Assembly (NCBI GenBank): GCA_964016885.1
Contig: OZ024745.1
Span: 74,772,001-74,836,000, forward strand
Source: Eledone cirrhosa
Lineage: Eukaryota
DNA length: 64,000 nt
Direction of reading: 5' to 3'
Positions 54,039 to 64,000 of this stretch are shown one piece after another. Under the pieces are notes generated by a model. It was not told the origin of the DNA, ran no database searches, and saw only the letters and a list, made by a program, of their open reading frames with translations. Position 1 is the stretch's first letter. Each line of letters starts with the position of its first letter. A program made the position numbers and the translations under genes.

Positions 54039-54094
<56 letters not shown>
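54039..54094 (+). repeat. (CA)n microsatellite
   Basis: Read directly. Confidence 0.95.
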
Positions 54095-54100
<6 letters not shown>

Positions 54101-54624
54101 GATATCCGCTGGGCAGTTTTCTGCTAACAAATCTAGTGTATATACTGATATTGTTGAGATTTGGATGAGAAATGCTTTCGGCACCACATGTTCACCGTCT
54201 CTCGGTGTGTCTTTTATGCATGTATAAATATATATGTTATCTATACGGTGAAATCTTTGAAATAAATATATGTTAAAACGAAAAAGGAGAAAAAGAGATT
54301 AGTGACGGAAATATAAACGTTATGATACATAAACGTTATGATATAACGATGGAAATATATCTTCAAATGGTCCTTCGCATGGTGTCAAGTCAGAACCGCC
54401 TCGAACTGGTTACTTCTGGCTTGTGCAAAGTGTCTCTATAGCAACGAGCGATTCCCTCGGCCTCAGTGACCAAAGTCAGTGGAGAGGGGAAGGTAATGTT
54501 TCTATAGCGACAGTGTTTCTCTTGGTAGTACCAAAGTGGAGAAAGGAAGGGGAAGGTAATATTTCTGTAGCACCTACATTTGAGTTTTAGGGAAGGACAG
54601 ACAGACAGACAAACAGAGAAATGC

Positions 54625-54635
54625 CCATATATTTC

Positions 54636-54684
<49 letters not shown>

Positions 54685-54715
54685 CACACACAGAAATGTA
54701 TATATATTTCTGTGC

Positions 54716-54753
<38 letters not shown>

Positions 54754-55537
54754 CACACGCAGAAATGTATATATATTTCTGTGTGTATATATATTTCTGT
54801 GTGTGTATATATATATATATTACACACACAGAAATGTATATATATTTCTTAGAACAAAATTATTATTAATGTTTTGCTGTTCATAACAATTGGAATTGAA
54901 AAATTACTTTTGAAATTATTAGTTATTTTACTAATGCTTAGATATGAAGCAATGTTTCTAATAATTGTTTCTACTTTTGGCACAAGGCCAGCAATAACCC
55001 AGTACATTACTGGTACTTTATTTTATCGACCCCGTGAGGATGAAAAGCAAAGTTAACCTCGGCGGTATTTGAACTCAGACCGTAAAGGGACGTAACTCCA
55101 TGCTATGAAGCATGGTGTCCGACTCTCTACAGATTCTGCCAATCCACCGCCCTAATGTCTGTACGTAATGAGGGAGTGAGAGAGGAGAGAAAGAAAGGCA
55201 GAGGTGAAGTGACGAAGTGACTCTCTCCTCCAGCTCCTCCTCCTCCTCCATCTCCCCATTCGTCACAGCGATAGAGGGGGGGGAATGTTAGTGTGTTACA
55301 AAGAGAAAGAGTGAGAGTGAGAGAAAGAGACAGACTAAAAGAGAGGGATAGCTGGAGAGAGAGAGAGATAGCAACAGATACAATACAGTAGCTAAGGGAT
55401 GTATATATATTTCTGTGTGTATATATATATACATTTCTGTGTGTGTAATATATATATATATACACACAGAAATATATATACATTTCTGTGTGTGTAATAT
55501 ATATATATATACACACACGGAAATATATATATATTTC

Positions 55538-55598
<61 letters not shown>

Positions 55599-55675
55599 CA
55601 CACACAGAAATGTATATATATATTTCTGTGTGTGTATATATATATATATCACATACAGAAATGTATATATATTTC

Positions 55676-55724
<49 letters not shown>

Positions 55725-55822
55725 CACACACAGAAATGTATATATATTTCTGTGTGTATATATATATATTTCTGTGTGTGTATATATATTACACACACAC
55801 AGAAATGTATATATGTTTCTGT
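54625..55822. repeat. Two arrays (54625-54850, 55400-55822) of palindromic atttctgtgtgtg-(TA)n-tacacacacagaaat units
   Basis: Read directly. Confidence 0.9.
54980..55155 (-). mobile_element. Second tRNA-SINE family (Meta/MESC-like core); further relics at ~56125-56260 (-) and ~58010-58050 (+)
   Basis: Minus strand: gagttcaaataccgccgagg..ctttgcttttcatcctcacggggtcgataaaataaagtacc. Confidence 0.6.
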
Positions 55823-58286
55823 AGCACTCCTCAATTCCCCCCTCTTGTAGTCTGTCTCTTTCTTTCACTCTCTCTCTACGCGTCGCGTGCGCAAAAAACA
55901 TTCGCACGCGCGCACGTGTTTCCACTGTCGGACAGACAGACAGAGAAATTGCTGGTTATATATTATAAGGAGATAATGTTTGGAATGGTCCCGTAACTTC
56001 AAATGGGATCGCAGGGATGCCCTATTGATATACGGCGTTACTTGGGCGTTTTAAGCCTGGCGGAGCCCACCTCCTCTCCAGGCCTTGAGTACAGCAGATT
56101 TCTTCCAGAGAGAGGAAGAATCAACCTCAGTACTAGACAGGTACTTTTCCATCGACATTGAAAGAATGAAAGGCAAAATTTACCTCGGCGGGATTGAACT
56201 CAGGGTGCCAGACCGAATAACACAGAACATTATATCCGACATTCTAACGACTTTCCCAATTGACCGTCCTGTATATAATGTTTACACTTTACAAAAAAGA
56301 CAAGTAAAAACAAAAGGAAGCAGAAAGAATTATACTCTACAACAGGGAATGCTGGTGTTGTCTTCTAAACATTTTTAGATAAGCGAAGATACTCACTTCA
56401 TTACCGCGGATGATAGCGAGTCTGCGGCGCTGGAATAGCAAAGCACTGTCTCGAATATCATCTGATACTTCGGTAATGCAAGCTGCTAACGATAATAAGA
56501 TTCTCATTTTTCAGCAGCCTTGCTACTCTAAATATCTAGAATGTCACTAATGCTGGACTATTAAAATAACTATCCAGTGGAATTAATATCGGGTAAAACA
56601 GTTCAATTCCTGTTAATTATGTTTTATACATATAAACATATGGTTAATTATAAACATTCTTATTCTAACTCAAAGCGTACCAGTCGTATTCGTCCTTTTC
56701 CTTTTTAAACGGGTAGGTGTGATATGGTAGATTTTGCTGTTATTTTTAACAGACCGAGGGACTACATGTATGCTTCCTCAAGGGAGGTAATTCTAATTGC
56801 AAGTTTTAATCAGTCTTATTTAGAAGAATATTCTCGTGAATACTTTTCGCAATCAATGCTTTAGTGAACAATCTGACAGGTAATTTATAATTTTTCCGAA
56901 AATAATTCAAGAATGTAGCGTAACAAAATTATAGTATTCTATTGACCTGACTGTATCTGACAATTCAGTTTTTATTATTTTACCAACCACACGTTCGGTA
57001 TTTCACATTACCCTATTCAGTCTTATTTCCTTAACACAACTTATTTCTTCTCAGAAACGACTTACCCCATACATTATACTTTGCTTCATTTCGCAGCACA
57101 ACAATATATAAATATTCTTTTTTTCCTTCTTTCTCTCTTTCTCATAAGATTCTAATAACTATTTGGTGGTGAATTGATAGTCGTTTTTGTTTATTTTATT
57201 TCTCTCGCTCTTGTATATTTTGGTGCGTTATATTTGTGAGGTTCCTAGTAATAGTTAATTGTATTTATTATTTGTGTTTATATTTTCATTCTGAAAGAAT
57301 TGTGAACAATTTGTAATGTTATACAAGTGTGAATAAAATTATATAAATGTTTATTTATATATGTTAGTAGCTTATCTTGTTTAATTTCTCAGATAATTGT
57401 ACATGTACATAAAGAAAATATTACCGTTAAAGAACATGATAAAATTAATACTTATTTTTAATGTAATCCCCAATCTTGATAATGGATGTTAATTTAAATG
57501 TCCTTGTGGCAAGTCTTCATGGATTGCCTTTGCCTTCTCAATTCTTGTACTGAGCTAAACCTACTTATCAAACAGACTCTGGCGAGACAATGTACCTTCA
57601 GTTCTGGAGCAAACTTGATTATCGGGGGTCTATTGGAAGAGATCAAATGATATTACCCTTTACTCTTGAATAAGGGATAGATGTTTCATTTGGGACACCA
57701 AAGTTATGCTCCTTCCCACATCATGGATGCTGCTGCGAAGGTGAGGGTACTGCAATCGTAGCCGAACGGAATGAAATTCTAAAATTCCAGGAATTATCGA
57801 CAGATGGGCACTTGGGCCGCTGACCACACGGTTCTTTTCATTAGCCTCTCTGTCACCTGCAACAACATAGCGAGTATGTTGGATTACCTAAAGAATTATT
57901 AAAGAAACACTCCAGTACCCCTTGTATCGAGTGATTGTGCATGTCGTCTACTTTTCTCCTTAAATATATGTGTGTTTATATGTAAATAGTTTTTTTTTTT
58001 TAATATACTGAGCTCAACTTTGCCTTTCGACCTTTCAGGATCGATATAATAAAGCAGTGGATTGGTAGAATTGTTAGGATGCCAGATGAGATGCCTTATA
58101 ATCACAATGTAGCTAACTGGGGTGGTATATTTAATCCTTTTCCCAGTTTAACAAACCACCACTCTGTTGCAAGCATTCAAACCAAGTTTACAGTTATATA
58201 GAGAATTGTATTTCATAAATACATTACAAATCGTTTGCAATTTTTTCAGAATGAAAATATAAACAGAGCATATAAATAAATTTACA

Positions 58287-58568
58287 GTAGAATAACATAA
58301 CAAATATGTTTTAAATATATACATAAATAACATAACAAATGATTAGACAACATTATAAATAGCTCGCGATTCTTTCAGAAAGATATATTCTTTTAATGTT
58401 ACAATATTAAAGAAAATGTAAAGGAAGGGTCCTTTACATTTTCTTTAATATTGTAACATTAAAAGAATATATCTTTCTGAAAGAATCGCGAGCTATTTAT
58501 AATGTTGTCTAATCATTTGTTATGCTATTTATGTATATATTTAAAACATATTTGTTATGTTATTCTAC
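58287..58568. repeat. Near-perfect palindrome with 139-bp arms and a 4-nt loop
   Basis: 58287-58425 is the reverse complement of 58430-58568, with one mismatch seen (58330/58525). Confidence 0.95.
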
Positions 58569-59542
58569 AACGTTATGAACAACGGAGCCAACACCTATAT
58601 TGATACTTAATTTTTTGGAGATAAAGGAAAACTTAATATATTATATACAAGCTTATATTGGTACAGAGGAGAGAGGGGGATAATTGGGGCCTTTAGTTAG
58701 TTATTTTAAAGAAGTAGGACAAAAAAAATCAACATTAGATTCATAATCAAAGGTCTCTCTCTCGCTCTCTCTCTCTCTCTCTCCACCCCTTTTCTTTCCA
58801 TTTGCATTGTTTTTTAAGGTAAATAAAAGTATGATGAAATGTAGTTTCAAAAGGCACAAAATTGCAGCTTTATAAAGGAAATGAGCAAAGTCCTGATTTC
58901 GTTCTGCAAAAAAGTGACAGTAAAATAACACGTTTTGACGTAAGAAAGAGGTAAGTGCAATGAAAATGTTGATACCATGAAATAAATAAACAGTTTTTGT
59001 GTGGTTTTGAATGGTTCAAATGAATCTCCCATAATGCAGTTTCTTTTCTCTTTTTGATCAATCTAAACAATATTTAATACACAAGTGACTTGCCAGACAG
59101 GTATAATTCCATATAATGGCTTCACACACATTCTACCTAAGAAGAACCCCCCCCCCCCCTGTTTCTGTTAAGTACTAAACTTCAAAGCTACCCACTCCTC
59201 TGGCCTCATTCCTTCACACTCCCATTAAACTGGCCATCCTCAAGCAACACCACCACTACCACTACTACCTTCTTGCTATTGTTGCCAGATCAATCTAGTT
59301 TATGCCAGTATGGGAAAGCAGATGTTAAAATTATCATTATTGTCATCATTGTTTTCCATGATAGCATGGTTGCATGGGTTTGAAGGTGAATTTTTGATGC
59401 ATTTCCTGGTGCCGATTCTTTTAATCCTCTTTACAACATGTAGGGATATGATGTATCTATTTTGAAACTAAGATACACAAATATATGAATTGTATTTTTA
59501 TCAGATTATTTTGTATTATTTCAGATTTAATTCAATGCACAT

Positions 59543-59788
59543 ATGTCAACCTCAAATCTACCAAAAGGTAAAGTTGATACCCCTATTCCTCTAAAGCCAT
59601 CAAACAGCCACAAATCTGAGAGTAAAAAGGATTCTTCACAAAACACTGCTTCAAATTTGGAAGGAGCCACATCTGCAGGTCTTTCCTTTAATTTAAATGA
59701 GAAAAAAAATGAAAAACCATCTAGTAAATTGTGTCGGGCATGTACAGATTTTAAAAGCTGGATCAAATTACAATCTGCTGCAACGAAG
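59543..59788 (+). CDS. GFER: GFER/ERV1/ALR FAD-linked sulfhydryl oxidase, first coding exon
   Basis: CRACTDFKSW shuttle motif; acceptor tttcag at 59524 and donor AAG|gtaggc at 59788 (phase 0). Confidence 0.88.
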
Positions 59789-60109
59789 GTAGGCATATTG
59801 TTTTTATAATGCAATGGTAATATGATTACATAACTCAGAAGACACTGTGATTAACAACTTGATTTTCATCACAGAATCAATCCAGGAACTGTAAAAGTGA
59901 TTTTATATTTAGAGTTGTAAACTTTTGACAAAAAGCCTAAAGATGAATATAAGCAAGTATTCATTAGCAACAAAGATCATTAAAACTTTTTAGCATTAAG
60001 AAAATTGGTTCTGCTTTTTGGGTAGAAAGGAGATTTGCAAGACAGATTAAAAGAGGTTGTTCCATCTCTGGAAATACCAATACAATCTGCCTTTCACTCT
60101 GAGGGAGAA

Positions 60110-60420
60110 ACCAACAATGGTAGTAGTTCCTTGAACTTTATCCACCTATTTCTCACTATGGTTACTGTACTTTCAGAACACCCACCTCCACTGCTAATTT
60201 TGTCGCTGCCCAGGTACTAGAAACTGTCAACTATTTCTAGGAAGCCATCTGAGCTCTTGATAGAGCTTGTTCATATGAGCTGTTGCTGCTTACTGCTCCT
60301 TCGCCTCTGTCACATAATTTGTCTACTTGAGATCCCATTACATCTCTTGTGTAATCATAGTTTACAGGTACATAGACAAAAGCAGTCAAGGGTGCATTTT
60401 TGTACTTCTCTTGTCTGGTT
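60110..60420 (-). mobile_element. Intronic RTE fragment
   Basis: EIVDSF.YLG..SSGGGCSESTV homology to 38067. Confidence 0.7.
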
Positions 60421-61401
60421 ACTGCTTATTATTTCAAGGAAGGCTAATAAAGTTTTTATTATTATTTAGGGGCTATTTATATTGTTATAATTATTCAAAA
60501 TTATTTACAATACCTGCCATCCCATGTACACGGGTTGAAGCATACATCTAGTATGCACCACTTAACCATTATCCTCCCTCCCCCTTCCAAACACCTTCCA
60601 CGCCTTGACACTCCAACAACATCCTAATCACCCCACCTTCTCCCACACCTTTACACCCCCACCCAGTCCACACTGTAAATTGGTTGTTTTGGTGTCACGA
60701 CAAAAAGCACCCAGTCTACACTGTAAAGTGGTTGCATTGGTATCTCAACAAAAATCAACCAGCCCACACTGTAAAGTGTTTGTGTAGATGTCATGGCAAA
60801 AAGTACTGTCCACAGTGTAAAATAGTCCTGTTGGTGTCAAGACAAAAAGTGCCCAGTCCACACTCTAAATCTGGTTGGTGTTAGAGAGGGCATCCAGCTG
60901 TAGAAACCAAGCTAGAACTATTTCTGTATGAGCAAGACATAGTCACCTGTCTGACTTGCCTTACATAGGACAACCTGTCTAACCCATGCTAGCATGGAAA
61001 ATAGATGTTAAACAATGTGGATGACGATGTGTTGTTTACAAGTTATTTCTATAAAAACATGATATTATTATTGCTTAGGTGAAATTTCTATTATGATTAT
61101 TCAGAATTATTTATGCATTGTTAGTTGTGTGAAATAAGGTCTGAACAAGCAGCTTATAACCATCAAAAGAAGAAATAAAAATTGTCTCATATTTGTTTTT
61201 AATAGCTTCAACAAGCTTATAACAGGTTCTATATTGAAAACAGAATATTTGAATATATGAGAAGTAAGGAAAGAGGATATATATGTGTACACGGGTTGAA
61301 GCATACATCTAGTATGCACCACTTAACCATTATCCTCCCTCCCCCTTCCAAACACCTTCAACCCGTATACATGGTCTTCTCTATTACTGAGTACCGCCAA
61401 A

Positions 61402-61956
61402 GGACCGAGACCTTTGGCGGTACTCAGTAATAGAGAAGACCCGCCTTACCTAAATACAAAGTAAAAACCTACTACAGTCAGTAGGCACCTCTATCAAAAC
61501 ACACCCCCGTCCCACCACCTCCACCCCACCCACACCGCCCCTTTCAATGTAAAGTTATGTTGGTCCCACAACATCCAGGCCGAAACAAATGAGATCGTGT
61601 AGGTGTCACGACAAAAAACACACAGTCCACGCTGTAAATGTGGCCGTGTAGGCAACACGGTAAAAACCTCCCAGCCCCACACTGTAAATGTGGTTGGTGT
61701 TAGGAAGGGCATCCAGCTGTAGAAAACCCGCCAGACAGTCCACGCTGTAATGTGGCCGTGTAGGCAACACGGTAAAAACCTCCCAGCCCCACACTGTAAA
61801 TGTGGTTGGTGTTAGGAAGGGCATCCAACTGTAGAAAACCCGCCAGACAGTCCTATGCGAGCAAGACAACCACTCTTGCCTCAAGTGGGAAAACCCCCGT
61901 CCAAACCCATGCAAGCGTGGAACACGGACGCTAAACCTGATGATGATGATGATGAT
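61402..61956 (+). mobile_element. Intronic RTE 3' UTR copy with an internal ~113-bp tandem duplication
   Basis: Matches 38596-39050; the segment cagtccacgctgtaa...gccagacagtcc occurs twice; (GAT)n tail. Confidence 0.85.
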
Positions 61957-61957
61957 A

Positions 61958-62378
61958 TAGCGTAGTGGTTAAAGCATTGGGCTTGCAATCGAAAGGTTGT
62001 GAGTTCAATTCTCGGACCGGGTGATGTGTTGTTTCCTTGAGCAAGAGACTTTATTTCACATTGCTCCAGTTTACTCAGCTGTAGAAATGAAATGATAGGA
62101 CTGGGGGTCTCTATCATTCCACTGCAAAGTGGTCATGGAGGTGCCACGGCAAAAAACCACCCAGCCCACACTGTAAAGTGGACGTGTAGGCACCACGGAA
62201 AAAAGTACCCAGCTCTCACTGTAAATGAGGTTGGTGTTAGGAAGGGCATCCAGCTGTAGAAATCAAGCCAGAATCAGTTCCCGTATGAGCAAGACAAGGT
62301 CAGCCGACTGGACACTGCCCACAACAAGACAACCCGTCTAACATGGAAGAACGGACGTAAAACGGTGATGATGATGAT
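61958..62378 (+). mobile_element. Intronic CORE-type SINE
   Basis: Near-identical head and core to 39103; ends in (GAT)n then (TA)n. Confidence 0.85.
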
Positions 62379-62545
62379 ATATATATATATATGTGAATTC
62401 ATCATCATCATTTAATGTTCAATCAATTACCCTGCTATACGTATATATGTGTTGGACATGAAAAACAAGTGGAAATCGGTGAATCATCATCATTATTTTT
62501 GTTTACCTTTTACATATATGCATCTATATTTTGAAATTATTACAG

Positions 62546-62736
62546 ATAGAAAGAAAAAATGAATGTCCACTGGCTAAAAGTGAATTAGGAACTAACACAT
62601 GGTCATTTCTTCACACAATGGCTGCCTATTATCCAAATAAGCCAACGCGACAGGAACAACAGGACATGCATTCATTTATAAATATTTTTGCAAAATTTTA
62701 TCCATGCGAATATTGTGCTGAACATCTGAGAGAAGA
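62546..62736 (+). CDS. GFER: GFER second coding exon (redox CxxC); last exon not found in the window
   Basis: tacag|IERKNECPLAKSELGTNTWSFLHTMAAYYP...FYPCEYCAEHLRE|gtaagt, in frame with the previous exon. Confidence 0.92.
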
Positions 62737-62889
62737 GTAAGTCATTATTAACTTTTTCTAATTAATTTTTTTTCTTTTTTGCCATCTTTATACAAGCCTT
62801 GATGGAGCTTCCACGTGGCAGCTTAATCTGCTAGAAATAGTAAGCCCTATCAGTCACTAATGACCATGGTTTTGTACTTAGAAAGTTTC

Positions 62890-63118
62890 CCTCCATGGCA
62901 CAAGCTGGGGCAAGGTTTGTTTGTGGAAGACCAGTAGTCACCCATGCACACCACCAATGTTGTCCAAGGGAAAGGCAATGGCCAATACAGCTGAGTGAAC
63001 TAGAGTAACATGAAACAAAGTATCTTGCTCAGAGACACATCACCCAGTCTGAGAATCGAACTCACAACCTCTCAATTACAAGCCCAACTACTAAGCTAAC
63101 TACTAAGTCATGCACCTT
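62890..63118 (-). mobile_element. Degenerate CORE-type SINE
   Basis: Reverse complement of the B box (gagttcgattctcagac) and core (tgagcaagatactt). Confidence 0.55.
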
Positions 63119-64000
63119 CACATCTGCTAGAAATAGCTGTAAAATATCCCTCAAACCATACTTTACTGTCTAAAAAAAGTGACATATTGATAATGTGGTC
63201 TTGGTTGGAATGCCTTTGATCATTGGTCTACTGGATCAGTACTGAGCTGAGGCTAAACAACATCTGTTATTCATGTTAATGTAGTGTGAATGGTTTAGTT
63301 AAATATAGACATTTGCATATTTCTCTGTGCCTTTAAATAAAGCCTTCTAGAAATAGTAATCAATCCTCCCTCATATCATACCCTATTATCTTAAAAGAAA
63401 GACACCTTGGACAAGGCAGTCTCGATGTGGTTGCTTGACTTATGGGAAATCACAGCTAAATCTCCTCCATATCATACAATGTCCTCATAAAAAATAATAT
63501 AGCCCTAAATACAGTCATCATCATCATCATTGTCATTTTGCATATGCTTTCTATGCTGGCAGTGGTTGGCAGGACATGGTTTAAGACTGGCTAAGTTGGA
63601 AAACTTTGTCTCGCTCGTATGTTCCATTTTTGACATGGTTTCTATGGTTGGACACCCTTCTTAATGCCAATGACTTTACAGCGTGTACTAGGTGTTTTTT
63701 GTTATGGCCCCAGCACTAGAGAATTTGTTATGTCCTGAACATGACTAAAGAAGTCTTCTCAATGATACACTGTCTTGGTTGAGTCGTTACCACTTTACAG
63801 AGTGTTTTGACTACATTTTATCATGGCACCAGCATAATTGGAAAATCAAGATAGGATGGTCACAGCTATAACACCAAGTATAGGATGGCCACAGCTATAA
63901 CACCAAGTGTTAGAGGAAGGTCACAGCTATAAGTTTGAATATAGGTCTGTTACATTAGGGCTGAGCAGTGACTAAAGCTCTAAGAAATGACCTTATTCCT

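Larger units (their letters stand above)
53697..55973 (-). mobile_element. Non-autonomous Helitron (composite, with nested satellites and a SINE)
   Basis: Minus strand reads A|TCTCCTTATAAT... with a subterminal (CTGT)n and ends cccatgcaaggccggg-taccactgCTAG|T. No TSD is visible. Confidence 0.7.

Noticed and set aside
56380-56600. CpG-containing stretch as the GFER promoter or first exon
   Set aside because: Plausible position, but no motif evidence strong enough to call without transcripts.
62737-64000. Final GFER exon
   Set aside because: No HNxVN/C-x16-C coding segment recognised; it probably lies beyond the window.

Overview
AT-rich, repeat-dense animal genomic DNA, most likely from an octopus/coleoid cephalopod. 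That assignment is an inference from the HCEICGKSF-type C2H2 arrays, CORE-type tRNA SINEs with (GAT)n tails and RTE relics. The window holds a cluster of four paralogous tandem C2H2 zinc-finger genes: one partial on +, two intact 22-finger ORFs on -, and one pseudogene split by nested LTR insertions. It also holds two coding exons of a GFER/ERV1/ALR sulfhydryl oxidase gene near the right end. Mobile DNA fills most of the rest: two inverted copies of an atypical LTR retrotransposon (DIRS-like RT/RNase H motifs with a DDE integrase, 5-bp TSDs, a -1 frameshift signal), a solo LTR, a three-LTR non-autonomous element with a tRNA-Trp primer site, a near full-length Tx1/L1-type LINE, RTE, CR1, CRE and Penelope relics, SINEs, a non-autonomous Helitron and long (TA)n tracts. 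The most unusual signals are a primer-binding site matching the 5' end (not the 3' end) of tRNA-Phe, a conserved acidic N-terminal module on the zinc-finger proteins, a near-perfect 282-bp palindrome upstream of GFER, and a multi-step template-switch scar at a LINE 5' junction. All coordinates and alignments were read by eye. Family names and tRNA matches come from recalled motifs, not database searches.
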